64,000 nucleotides of DNA from an uncultured Pseudomonadales bacterium (GCA_964618725.1 CAZUBK010000002.1:131992-195991); one strand, 5' to 3'; positions 36,207-45,260 are shown, numbered from the stretch's first letter. Numbers and translations are program-made. The notes: generated by a model from the letters alone, not told the origin.

Positions 36207-37424
36207 ATGAAAGATATGGAGAGGAAGTTGTTTGGACGAACCAAGCCGTGGATGATGTTTGTAGGGGCAGGATTATTGGTGGCGGCTTTGGCGGTGGCGG
36301 GAGGGGTGGTGTATGTGAGTAGGCAGCTGGCGACAAAGAGTCAGGAGACGAGGTCGTTGGCAAAATCGGGATGTGACGAGACTTACAGAGTGCAGTGTCA
36401 AGAAAAAGGGTTGAAGTGTCGTGCTGACCTGAATGGTCTGAATTACTGCTCTGGATGTCTTGATGGATACTCTACCTGCAGTTCAGGTAAGTGCTGTAAG
36501 GATAGTGGAGGTGGAGGAGGGAGGGAATGCAAGATCACGAATTGTACTTCTTGTCACACTGCTGGTGGAAGTGAGGTGTGTGATGCTTGTAAATCAGGTT
36601 ATACATCGATGGGTGATCGTTGTCAGAATACTAGCGCTGGGGAATGCCAAGAGGGACAAAAACGATGCAATGAGATTAGTCCTGAGATATGCGAGGAACG
36701 TAAATGGGAGTTCTACGGTACTTATTCTACTTACACCAGCAACCAAGAATGTAGAGAGAAGTATTTGGGGCAGGGCGGGGGAGGTGGATCAACAACCTCA
36801 AGTGGAGGAGGAGGGGGTGGTGGATCAAGTTGTGAGAAGGGACCAGGTCCGTGTTCGGTCTCTTGTGAAAGCGGGGATTCGTTTGATGACAGGACGTGTT
36901 TGTCAACATTTGATTCTTGTGAGCAATGGGCAAAGGAAGCATGTGGAACCGTTGGTTCTGTCCCAAGGACTTTCGGCAATTATGGAGGTGACTCTCCTTC
37001 AGGTGGCGGGTCGACGTCAAGCGGTGGGGGCTACGTTCCGGAAGAGGTGTCAATACCAACGCCGACGCCGATTCAATACTGCATTAATGTCTATTTTTAT
37101 GTAAATCAGGGAGGGGCGTGGACGAAGACAAAAAAGGGCGACTTGGTAGACAGGATACGGATTGGAGATACTATTAGATTGGCGGTAAAACCGGTGGGGA
37201 AGATCACCAGATGGGACAAGGCACGGTTCTTTATCGATAATGATAAGACACTAAAAACAAAGAAGGTAGAGCCAGTAGAGACTGCCTTGGTTAATGAACA
37301 GGGCGAGTTCTACCTTGACTACACGATTCCTTCACCTATTGAGAGTACATCTGTTAGCAAGAAAGGGACGAGTATGAAGTTTGAGGTAAGGGCAGAATTA
37401 TATAGAAACCTAACTAAAAAATGA
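36207..37424 (+). CDS. membrane-anchored cysteine-rich (furin/EGF-like repeat) protein with Gly-rich linkers and conserved C-terminal beta domain
   Basis: N-terminal TM helix. About 30 Cys in CxxC...GY...C patterns, GGGGG linkers, and a C-terminal domain (IRLAVKPV...NEQGEFYLDYT) shared with the 37706 gene. Confidence 0.55.
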   Translation: MKDMERKLFGRTKPWMMFVGAGLLVAALAVAGGVVYVSRQLATKSQETRSLAKSGCDETYRVQCQEKGLKCRADLNGLNYCSGCLDGYSTCSSGKCCKDSGGGGGRECKITNCTSCHTAGGSEVCDACKSGYTSMGDRCQNTSAGECQEGQKRCNEISPEICEERKWEFYGTYSTYTSNQECREKYLGQGGGGGSTTSSGGGGGGGSSCEKGPGPCSVSCESGDSFDDRTCLSTFDSCEQWAKEACGTVGSVPRTFGNYGGDSPSGGGSTSSGGGYVPEEVSIPTPTPIQYCINVYFYVNQGGAWTKTKKGDLVDRIRIGDTIRLAVKPVGKITRWDKARFFIDNDKTLKTKKVEPVETALVNEQGEFYLDYTIPSPIESTSVSKKGTSMKFEVRAELYRNLTKK

Positions 37425-37633
37425 AAAATAAACTTAAAAAAGGACGATTAAAGATGATCTTGACCTCTTTTGGCCTGCTTCTGGTGGCTGGTGTGGTAAT
37501 TGCAGTGGCCCTAAGGGTGGCAGTACCGACATTGATTGCTCCAACAGCGCCAGAAAGTCAACCCGAGGCCGCGGAGGGCTGGAAACATTCGTCAGATTGT
37601 AACGTATCATTCTCAGTAAAATTATCAGAGTAA
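37421..37633 (+). CDS. small membrane protein; paralogous to N-terminus of 38718 gene (MKNK...TM...IAPTAPES)
   Basis: ATGA overlap with the upstream gene. Shares the anchor plus IAPTAPES(Q/K)P segment with the 38718-40184 protein. Confidence 0.4.
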   Translation: MKNKLKKGRLKMILTSFGLLLVAGVVIAVALRVAVPTLIAPTAPESQPEAAEGWKHSSDCNVSFSVKLSE

Positions 37634-37705
37634 TCAAACTGTTGACGTTTACAAATGAAATACCTATCATGAGATGTAGAGACCCGTTTTCGGGTTAGAA
37701 ATACG

Positions 37706-38710
37706 ATGGATCCAGCTGCCCAAGACAACCAACAAACAACAACACTTCCAAACGATGGTTTGGACGACCAAGTGAGACACGGTGATTTGCCGTGGACGGG
37801 TGCGACAGCTCAAGCACCAACAGTATCGACTCCTGGTATGGCTAGTTTGCCACCACTGCCCAAATTGCCTTCCTTACCGACAACACAGGTTCCCGTTCCT
37901 GATGTTTCTGTTCCCAACTCATTTGCGGATACTGGTCTACCTGGACCGCTGGCGGAACCCGAATCACCCCCACCGCCATTACCAGAAGTTGGTGGGCTGC
38001 AAATATCAACGACGACAATACCTGTAGCTCTACCTTCTATGCCTCAAGATGAAGCGGTGACTGGTTTGTCGTCAGTTTCTTCAGGAGGAGGGGCCGGGGA
38101 AGTGACAATGAAGAAAAAGGGGGGCAAGACTGGCCTGGTGGCAGGGATAGCGGCCTTGGTTTTGTTGGTTGGCGCGGCGACAGGAGGGACACTATATATT
38201 TCGGAGCAAACTAGGCAACAAAATGCAGATCTTCAATCGAGGGCATCCTTGGTGCCGGCTTGTCGGGACGGGAGAGATAATGACGGAGATGGGAAGATTG
38301 ACTGTTTGACAGGGGTGGCAGACCCGGGTTGTTTCCCTGATAACAACGGAGGCGGAGGAGCGTGTAATCCCGAAGATGAAAATGAAGTAAATCAAGTGGC
38401 AACTACTCCGACTCAAGAGGAGTTGCTAGCATGTACGGGGGTAGTTCTTTACTGGAAAAACAATACAACTTGGACGAAAGGGACGGCGGAGCAGGTGGCA
38501 ACGAATACGACGACGGGAGAAGCAATTAGATTGGCGGTCAAACCTGTGGATGGGACGGCCTCTGTGGCAAGATTCAGAGTTAACGATGGGGACTGGAGAG
38601 AGTCGACAACAAAGAATGAGCAAGGAGAGTTCTACGTTGAATATACACCGACAACCTTTGAAACATTTAATATAGAGGCACAGATGGGTGCATACGGATA
38701 CGAAGATTAA
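37706..38710 (+). CDS. Pro-rich N-terminal region, internal TM, one MopE-like Cys/Asp repeat, conserved C-terminal beta domain
   Basis: CRDGRDNDGDGKIDC...GCFPD...GGGGACNPED repeat. C-terminal domain IRLAVKPV...NEQGEFYVEYT is paralogous to that of the 36207 gene. Confidence 0.55.
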   Translation: MDPAAQDNQQTTTLPNDGLDDQVRHGDLPWTGATAQAPTVSTPGMASLPPLPKLPSLPTTQVPVPDVSVPNSFADTGLPGPLAEPESPPPPLPEVGGLQISTTTIPVALPSMPQDEAVTGLSSVSSGGGAGEVTMKKKGGKTGLVAGIAALVLLVGAATGGTLYISEQTRQQNADLQSRASLVPACRDGRDNDGDGKIDCLTGVADPGCFPDNNGGGGACNPEDENEVNQVATTPTQEELLACTGVVLYWKNNTTWTKGTAEQVATNTTTGEAIRLAVKPVDGTASVARFRVNDGDWRESTTKNEQGEFYVEYTPTTFETFNIEAQMGAYGYED

Positions 38711-38717
38711 AACTAAA

Positions 38718-40184
38718 ATGAAAAACAAGACTTTACTAGCGGTTATTCTATTTACCTTGGTGGCAGTGGGTGTGGTTTTGGGAATAGTTTTTGTACTACC
38801 AAGATTAACAACAACGGAGGAGTCGATTGCCCCGACGGCTCCTGAGAGTAAGCCAGCAGCATTTACTGAAGCAACACAAAGTGCAACGAGAGAACTGATT
38901 ATTTCTAAGATGTCAAATGAATGTACCTGGACGGGAGAGCAAAGGGATGGGTATGCGGCAGGTTATGCCACTTCTGAGGTGAGTTTTGGAAACTGTACGA
39001 TACTAGGTGGGAGAATAGAATCGGTCCCTCCGATTCCTTCGGGTTGGGTATATGATGACGTCTTGTATCTCTTGGTTGACAACAAGATATTCTCTGGCGG
39101 GGACAAGTCGTTGGCAGGTGCAGGGCTGGCTTTGGGTGATGCGTGGGACTGGACGAAAGTGGTGGGGACAAGACAGAGGAGTCGCCAAAATACGCAGGTT
39201 TGTTACGGCGGAGGTACCTGTGAAGCGCCGGGAACAAGAAATACTGCAGCCGGGAATCCCTCTGGAGCGATCTTGATGGATTTGAGTGCGGCGGTGTCTG
39301 ACTTGTTGGATTCAAGTCTGGATAGTCACACGATTACTGCCTTAGTAACCGGAGATAATAATCCCAGGACGGATTGTCGCATCAGAAATGATTTGAAAGT
39401 AACTCTGGAGCTATCCTGTACCGAGCTAATTCCCGAGTGTCGAGATGGGATAGATAATGACGGAGACAGTAAGATTGATTGTACTGTAGGAGCAGAGGAT
39501 CCTGGCTGTTTCCCAGATGGAAGAGGCGGTGGAGGAGCGTGTAATCCAGAAGATGACTCAGAACTAGATGTCTATCTTCCCGAGTGTAGTGACGGAATAG
39601 ATAATGATAACGACGGTAAGATTGACTGTACCGCGGGAGCTGCCGATCCGGGCTGTTTCCCAGATGGAAGAGGCGGTGGAGGAGCGTGTAATCCAGAAGA
39701 TGACTCAGAACTAGATGTCTATCTTCCCGAGTGTAGTGACGGAATAGATAATGATAACGACGGTAAGATTGACTGTACCGCGGGAGCTGCCGATCCGGGC
39801 TGTTTCCCAGATGGTCATGGAGGAGGTGGCGTTTGCAACGGCCAAGACGATGATGAAGCAGATGCGACACTACAGTGGGGGAATGTGTGTGAAGAGAATT
39901 TGACTTTGGTAGGTGTGACTCCGACAGCCACACCAACACCGACTGCGATCCCTACTCCGACATCTGGCCCAACAGCGACGCCGACGCCAACCAGACCGGC
40001 GGGTGCGCCAACTGCGACCCCTACTCCGACAGTACCAGGTGCGCCAACAAATACACCGACTCCAAGGGCAACAGCGACGCCGACGCCAGTACAGCTTCCT
40101 GAGGCAGGAATAGGGCTACCGACACTGGGTGCTTTAGGTGGAGGAGTAGTGATGATATTACTCGGAGTACTATTAGCGCTTTAG
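38718..40184 (+). CDS. surface protein with three 49-aa MopE-like (CxDGxDNDxDxKIDC) repeats, P/T-rich linker and C-terminal hydrophobic anchor
   Basis: Start placed at MKNKTLL (the second Met avoids overlap). Repeats are ECxDGIDNDxDxKIDCTxGAxDPGCFPDGxGGGGACNPEDDSELDVYLP x3, followed by TPTATPTPT linker and LPEAGIGLPTLGALGGGVVMILLGVLLAL. Confidence 0.6.
   Translation: MKNKTLLAVILFTLVAVGVVLGIVFVLPRLTTTEESIAPTAPESKPAAFTEATQSATRELIISKMSNECTWTGEQRDGYAAGYATSEVSFGNCTILGGRIESVPPIPSGWVYDDVLYLLVDNKIFSGGDKSLAGAGLALGDAWDWTKVVGTRQRSRQNTQVCYGGGTCEAPGTRNTAAGNPSGAILMDLSAAVSDLLDSSLDSHTITALVTGDNNPRTDCRIRNDLKVTLELSCTELIPECRDGIDNDGDSKIDCTVGAEDPGCFPDGRGGGGACNPEDDSELDVYLPECSDGIDNDNDGKIDCTAGAADPGCFPDGRGGGGACNPEDDSELDVYLPECSDGIDNDNDGKIDCTAGAADPGCFPDGHGGGGVCNGQDDDEADATLQWGNVCEENLTLVGVTPTATPTPTAIPTPTSGPTATPTPTRPAGAPTATPTPTVPGAPTNTPTPRATATPTPVQLPEAGIGLPTLGALGGGVVMILLGVLLAL
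39431..39871 (+). repeat. three tandem 147-bp coding repeats; copies 2 and 3 identical over about 150 bp (39514-39814)
   Basis: Direct reading shows ...gatgtctatcttcccgagtgtagtgacggaatagataatgataacgacggtaagattgactgtaccgcgggagctgccgatccgggctgtttcccagatgg... appears twice with period 147. Confidence 0.8.
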
Positions 40185-40204
40185 GCTTGATGTAGAATGC
40201 AGTA

Positions 40205-41227
40205 GTGCTTAGTCGAAGGAATCTTAGATTATCGGTGGAGAGATACTTATCTGGAATATTGGTTTATTCTTTGGCTTTTTTCCTTTACACACACCATAAC
40301 TACTACATTAATTTGCTGCGCGAAGAGACGGTTGTTGTACTGAGGGTTTTATATATTAGTTATGTTGTTGGTGGATTTCCTTTTCTCTTGTTTAGCGAGA
40401 AGGAGGACAAACATAAGCCTCAAGAACTAATAAAGGCAGTCAGGGATCTTTTGAGAGTTTTTGTTTCCTTTTCTGTTTCTTTTCTACCAGGAAAAACAAG
40501 GAAGAAATTTAGGCTTGATTCAGAGTACAAGAAGATTGTTTTGTTCACACTAGTAAAAGTCTTTTACGTCCCCTTGATGTTGAATTTCCTTTTTGGCAAT
40601 TGGCAGGGAGTGCTTAGATATTGGGAGAAGTGGAATTCGATGGGCTTTAGTTTTGAATTCAGGGAGGATTATCTCTTTTTGTTATCGAGCATTTTTGTTT
40701 TAGACACACTAGTATTTTGCTTTGGATACCTGGTTGAGTTCAAGGCACTTAAGAATGTTGTTAAATCTGTTGAACCTACCTTGTTGGGCTGGGTGGTGGC
40801 ATTGGCCAGCTATCCGCCATTTAGTGGTGTTACTGGGCAGTATTTGAGTTGGTATTCGAGTGATCGTTTCTTCTTTAGCAATGAGTTGGTGGACATTGCG
40901 GCCAAGGTGGCTGTTCTTCTATTACTTTGCCTATATCTTTGGGCGAGTTTCTCACTGGGACCAAAGGCATCTAATTTGACTAACAGAGGGATCGTTACCA
41001 GTGGGGCATACCGAATTGTAAGACACCCTGCCTATATTGGGAAGGTAAGTGCCTGGTGGATCATGGCTCTACCGACTTTTTCGGTTGGTGCAGTACTGTC
41101 ACTAGCTGGTTGGACAATAGTCTATTATTTAAGAGCGATAACTGAGGAGAGACATTTGATCAATGATGGCGATTATAGAAAGTATGTTAAGAAAACTCGG
41201 TTTAGATTTGTGCCGGGGATTATGTGA
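40205..41227 (+). CDS. membrane protein with C-terminal ICMT/PEMT-family methyltransferase domain
   Basis: C-terminal RIVRHPAYIG...ITEERHL motif of isoprenylcysteine carboxyl / phospholipid methyltransferases. Multiple N-terminal TM helices. Confidence 0.55.
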   Translation: MLSRRNLRLSVERYLSGILVYSLAFFLYTHHNYYINLLREETVVVLRVLYISYVVGGFPFLLFSEKEDKHKPQELIKAVRDLLRVFVSFSVSFLPGKTRKKFRLDSEYKKIVLFTLVKVFYVPLMLNFLFGNWQGVLRYWEKWNSMGFSFEFREDYLFLLSSIFVLDTLVFCFGYLVEFKALKNVVKSVEPTLLGWVVALASYPPFSGVTGQYLSWYSSDRFFFSNELVDIAAKVAVLLLLCLYLWASFSLGPKASNLTNRGIVTSGAYRIVRHPAYIGKVSAWWIMALPTFSVGAVLSLAGWTIVYYLRAITEERHLINDGDYRKYVKKTRFRFVPGIM

Positions 41228-42492
41228 TTAAGATGAAAAAAGTAGCAATAGTCGGAGCTGGGTTTACCGGGCTAGCAGCGGGAGTTGAGCTGATAGATCA
41301 AGGGGTGTTAGTAGTTATCTTCGAAGCAAATAAAGAACCGGGTGGACTGGCAACGGGATTTAGAAGTAAAGGATGGAAGTGGAGATTAGAAAAGTTCTAT
41401 CATCATATTTTTGCCAACGATCGAGAAGTCATTGACTTGGCGAAGAAAGTGGGAGCCGAGGTAATTTTCGAAACCCCGGAAACGAGCGTATCAAAAGGCG
41501 GGCGATTGAGTCAGCTGGACACACCACTGAGTCTATTACTTAATCCTGAGTTGTCGCTTTGGGGGAAGATAAGAATGGCTGTAGGATTGGGATACTTAAA
41601 AGTACTAAACATGAGGCAGGGAATGAGTTTAGAAAAAGAGAGGGTAACGGTGAGACTACCTGAACTAGTGGGCCAAGAGGGATATAAAAAGATCTGGAAG
41701 CCGCTACTATCTGCCAAGTTTGGCAAACATGTAGATCAGGTAAACATGACTTGGTTTTGGGCAAGAATTGTAAAGAGAACAAAGGCTTTGGGATACTTTG
41801 AAGGAGGGTTCCAAGAGTTGGCGGAGAAATGTGTGAAATACATAGTAGAAAAGGGAGGAGAAGTAAGAATGGGAGAAAGAGTGGAGAAAATAGGGAGAGG
41901 GGAAAAAAGGGGATGGGTAGTTAACGGGATGGAATTTGATCAGGTAGTTCTAACAGTACCAGCGTCATTGGTAGACAAGATTATAGGAAGAGAGGTGGCC
42001 TGGCCGAAGGTAGATTATTTGTGGGGTCAGACACTGATACTGGAATTAGAGAAGCCACTAATGGAATCCTACTGGTTAAACGTTTTGGAGAAGGACTGGC
42101 CATTTCTTGTGGTGGTAGAACACACGAATTTTATGGACAAGAAGAACTATGGCAAGAAACGAGTGGTTTATGTAGGGAATTATCTAGAAGAAGGCGACAA
42201 GAGATTGATGATGTCAGAGAAGGAGTTGATAAATATGTACTTCCCTTATCTTAAGAAAATAAACTCAGGGTTCAGTAGAAAGCAGATCAGGCGAGTCTGG
42301 AAGTTTCAGACTCCATTTGCTCAGCCGGTATTTCCGGTTAACTATAGTAAGAAGATACCTCCGTGTAGAACTAAAGCAAAAGGATTGTATGTGGCGAATA
42401 TGAACATGGTCTACCCATGGGATAGAGGGACCAATTACGCGGTGGAGTTTGGGAGAAAAGCAGCAGGAGAGATATTGTTGGACAGAAGGTAA
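41224..42492 (+). CDS. FAD/NAD(P)-binding oxidoreductase (amine-oxidase / phytoene-desaturase-like)
   Basis: N-terminal Rossmann GxGxxG (VAIVGAGFTGLAAG) plus EANKEPGG. 422 aa. ATGA overlap with the upstream methyltransferase. Confidence 0.7.
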   Translation: MIKMKKVAIVGAGFTGLAAGVELIDQGVLVVIFEANKEPGGLATGFRSKGWKWRLEKFYHHIFANDREVIDLAKKVGAEVIFETPETSVSKGGRLSQLDTPLSLLLNPELSLWGKIRMAVGLGYLKVLNMRQGMSLEKERVTVRLPELVGQEGYKKIWKPLLSAKFGKHVDQVNMTWFWARIVKRTKALGYFEGGFQELAEKCVKYIVEKGGEVRMGERVEKIGRGEKRGWVVNGMEFDQVVLTVPASLVDKIIGREVAWPKVDYLWGQTLILELEKPLMESYWLNVLEKDWPFLVVVEHTNFMDKKNYGKKRVVYVGNYLEEGDKRLMMSEKELINMYFPYLKKINSGFSRKQIRRVWKFQTPFAQPVFPVNYSKKIPPCRTKAKGLYVANMNMVYPWDRGTNYAVEFGRKAAGEILLDRR

Positions 42493-42501
42493 AATACTGG
42501 T

Positions 42502-44496
42502 GTGAGTTCGCAAGATCTAACCCTAATACTCCATTCGTATTTACTCGGGCTGGTTTTACAGTTGATAACTTGGCCAGTCGTGTTTAGAGTCTTTCAGAAG
42601 AACCTGGTTGACAAGGGTTGGATGGTGGGAAGGATTTTGGGTTGGCTAGTAATTAGTCTAGTGGCTTGGTGGTTGGGCTTTATGGGAGTGCCAATCAAGT
42701 TAACAATCTGGTTGATGGCAGGAGTGGTGCTGGTGGTGGGGGGATATATGGCTATCAGGGAGAGGATGAGTCTGAGGACGGGACTAAGAGAGGTGTGGGT
42801 GTTTGTTCTCACCGAAGAACTATTATTTCTGCTGGGTTTCTTGGGGCTTAGTTTTATCAGAAGTTTTAACCCCGATATCCTAGATTTGGAGAAATTTATG
42901 GATGCGGGGCTTGTTACTACCTATCTTCGATCGGTGAGTTTGCCGGCCGAAGATATGTGGTTGGCAGGGGAAAAGATAAACTACTATACCTTTGGTCACT
43001 TTATGGGAGCGGTGCAGACGATAATTTGGGGAATTGACTTAGCTTATTCTTACAACTTACTGCTTGGATTGCTGGCGGGATTGACATTGAGTTTGAGTTT
43101 CAGTGTTGTAGTCAATTTAGCAGAGGTTGGGGGAAGGACAATAAAAAAGGAGAAGATGATTTTGGGTGGAATAGTGGGGAGTTTACTAGTGGCAATTGGG
43201 GGAAACTCTCAGACAAGTTGGTTTTTTTTGAAAAACAAAACATTTGAGGGCTATTGGTATGCGGATGCAACAAGATTTATTGAGAACACGATACATGAGT
43301 TTCCGAGTTATAGTTTTGTGGTATCTGACTTACACGCTCATCTGTGGGACCTACCGATTGTGTTGTTATTTCTGCTGGTGCTTTTAATTTGGCAGAAGGA
43401 GATGCAAGAAGAAAAAAAAGAACGGTGGAGTGCTGTAATTGGCGGTTTACTGGGAGTGATGACGATGACCAATACTTGGGACCTGCTTATCTACGGACTG
43501 CTCACCATGATCTTGGGAGGACTACTATTATTTAGGGGGGTAAGTTTAGTGAAACTTTTCAGGGCAGGAATATTGGCAGGGGTCGCATTGCTGGCGGTGA
43601 GTAGTTTATGGTGGATGAATTTTGTGAACATAGGGGAAGGGTGGCGGGTGGTAACGAAGCGCTCACCTTTGTGGCAATTAGTAGTTCTGTGGATGGGACA
43701 TATAGCCTTGAGCGTTGTTGCTTGGTGCTTCAACATTAGGAGACAGAGCAAAAAAGGATATGAATTAAAGAGTTTGATAATAGCGGCAATGATTTTAACG
43801 GCTTTTATGTTGTTGCTTATTCCTGAGTTGGTATATATGAAGGATATTTATCCTAATCATCCTCGGGCAAATACAATGTTCAAGCTAACTTATCAAGCGT
43901 TTGTCTTGATGAGTCTGGTGGCTGGTTGGCTAGTGGTGGAGATACAGGCGGTTAAGTTTAGATGGTGGAAGATTCCCTTAGTCGCAGTTATTGTGGCGGT
44001 CACGGCGTCTTTGCTCGTGTTCCCGTACTTTGGTTACCGAGGTTTCTATGGCGAATTCAAGAAGCTAAAAGGTCTTGATGGATTGAGTTGGTTACAGATG
44101 GAGTATCCCGATGACTACACGGCGATTCTTTGGCTTAAAGAGAACGAGAGGGGTAGACCAGTGATAGTTGAGGCTATAGGGGAAAGCTATACCACTTTCG
44201 GCAGAGTGTCGGTGTTTACGGGGATGCCGACGATACTGGGATGGAGAGTACACGAATGGCTATGGAGGGGTGGATTTGAGATACCGGCTCAAAGAACGGA
44301 AGAGGTGAAGACGATATATGAGAAACCAGAGACAAAAGAGGCAAAAATACTACTGAGTAAATACCGAGTCAAGTACATTTTTGTGGGGAACAAGGAAAGA
44401 GAAGCCTACCAAGAGATTGATGAGGCGGGGCTGAGAAAATTTGGTGAGATAGTCTTTGAGAGAGGGAAGACGCTGATTATCCGTAGATTTGAATAA
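42502..44496 (+). CDS. large polytopic membrane protein, DUF2298/'YYY'-type putative GT-C glycosyltransferase
   Basis: More than 14 predicted TM helices. A C-terminal soluble region ends ...KYRVKYIFVGNKERE, as in the DUF2298 family. Confidence 0.45.
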   Translation: MSSQDLTLILHSYLLGLVLQLITWPVVFRVFQKNLVDKGWMVGRILGWLVISLVAWWLGFMGVPIKLTIWLMAGVVLVVGGYMAIRERMSLRTGLREVWVFVLTEELLFLLGFLGLSFIRSFNPDILDLEKFMDAGLVTTYLRSVSLPAEDMWLAGEKINYYTFGHFMGAVQTIIWGIDLAYSYNLLLGLLAGLTLSLSFSVVVNLAEVGGRTIKKEKMILGGIVGSLLVAIGGNSQTSWFFLKNKTFEGYWYADATRFIENTIHEFPSYSFVVSDLHAHLWDLPIVLLFLLVLLIWQKEMQEEKKERWSAVIGGLLGVMTMTNTWDLLIYGLLTMILGGLLLFRGVSLVKLFRAGILAGVALLAVSSLWWMNFVNIGEGWRVVTKRSPLWQLVVLWMGHIALSVVAWCFNIRRQSKKGYELKSLIIAAMILTAFMLLLIPELVYMKDIYPNHPRANTMFKLTYQAFVLMSLVAGWLVVEIQAVKFRWWKIPLVAVIVAVTASLLVFPYFGYRGFYGEFKKLKGLDGLSWLQMEYPDDYTAILWLKENERGRPVIVEAIGESYTTFGRVSVFTGMPTILGWRVHEWLWRGGFEIPAQRTEEVKTIYEKPETKEAKILLSKYRVKYIFVGNKEREAYQEIDEAGLRKFGEIVFERGKTLIIRRFE

Positions 44497-45088
44497 GCTG
44501 TTGGTGAAGTTTTTCAAAATCCACTAAGTTTCTCTTTTCATACGTAGCAGCCACTTGTGGAATTTCCTCGCGAGCGAGATCTGCCCATCTTTTGGCAATT
44601 AATGAATCCTGATAAGGATCTTCTCTGCGCAGTAGATATTCTATGTAGGGATACCAATATTTGTCGAAGAGTTCTTCAACCATTGGGGCGTGAATTAATA
44701 GAGGGTGAGGAAAGGCAAAATTCCTTTGAGAGATAACTTCTGCATAGACCTTAGCGGCTTTTTGAGGAATACCATACAGCTTCCCCCTTATCAGGTGAGA
44801 TCGTTGATCTTCAAGTAGTTCGTACTTGAAATTTAAATCCAGGTTTTTGACATCTCTGGAAACGTGGATGGTATTGTTGAATCTTTGGGAGACCCTGAAT
44901 TTTAATTGTGCCTTTTTCAACCATGCTGAGAAGAGTAATTGCTTAGATGGGTCTGTTCCCAAATCAAAATCGAGATCGATCGTTGCCATCGGTTTTAGAC
45001 CACGATACACAAGCCAAAGTTGAATCTTGCCCACTTCAATTGGAAGATTATCTAGAGAACTAGCTAATTGTTTTTGTTGTTTGGTCAT
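44477..45088 (-). CDS. hypothetical protein (203 aa)
   Basis: Clean ORF. No motif recognised. Confidence 0.4.
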   Translation of the reverse strand: MTKQQKQLASSLDNLPIEVGKIQLWLVYRGLKPMATIDLDFDLGTDPSKQLLFSAWLKKAQLKFRVSQRFNNTIHVSRDVKNLDLNFKYELLEDQRSHLIRGKLYGIPQKAAKVYAEVISQRNFAFPHPLLIHAPMVEELFDKYWYPYIEYLLRREDPYQDSLIAKRWADLAREEIPQVAATYEKRNLVDFEKLHQQLIQIYG

Positions 45089-45107
45089 AAATTTATTGTC
45101 TCAAAAA

Positions 45108-45132
45108 GAGAAGGGCATCATGAGATGCCCAA
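45108..45132 (-). terminator. intrinsic terminator after small Cys-peptide gene
   Basis: gggcatc-tcat-gatgccc hairpin followed by TTCTCTTTTTG on the minus strand. Confidence 0.5.
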
Positions 45133-45143
45133 AAGAAGAGAAG

Positions 45144-45260
45144 CTACCGTGGTTCATAACCACAAGAATGGCATTTCTTGGCTGATTCCGAGTTGCTGGC
45201 ACTACAGCGAATACAGACCCAAGAACAAATAATGATAACTAGACGAGACAGAGTGTTCAT
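45144..45260 (-). CDS. 38-aa cysteine-rich zinc-ribbon-like peptide (MNTLSRLVIIICSWVCIRCSASNSESAKKCHSCGYEPR), not in ORF track
   Basis: Hand translation. AAGGAG SD 6 nt before the ATG, a consensus promoter upstream and an intrinsic terminator downstream. CxxC-N10-CxxC plus an N-terminal hydrophobic segment. Confidence 0.5.
   Translation of the reverse strand: MNTLSRLVIIICSWVCIRCSASNSESAKKCHSCGYEPR

Noticed and set aside
36460-37104. 214-aa alternative-frame ORF inside the Cys-rich surface-protein gene
   Set aside because: Same strand but a different frame. The annotated frame has TM anchor, Cys periodicity and a shared C-terminal domain, and the alternative frame has none.
39431-39871. Possible CRISPR array because of regular direct repeats
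   Set aside because: Repeats are 147 bp, contiguous without spacers and in-frame coding for protein repeats. There are no cas genes. This is not CRISPR.
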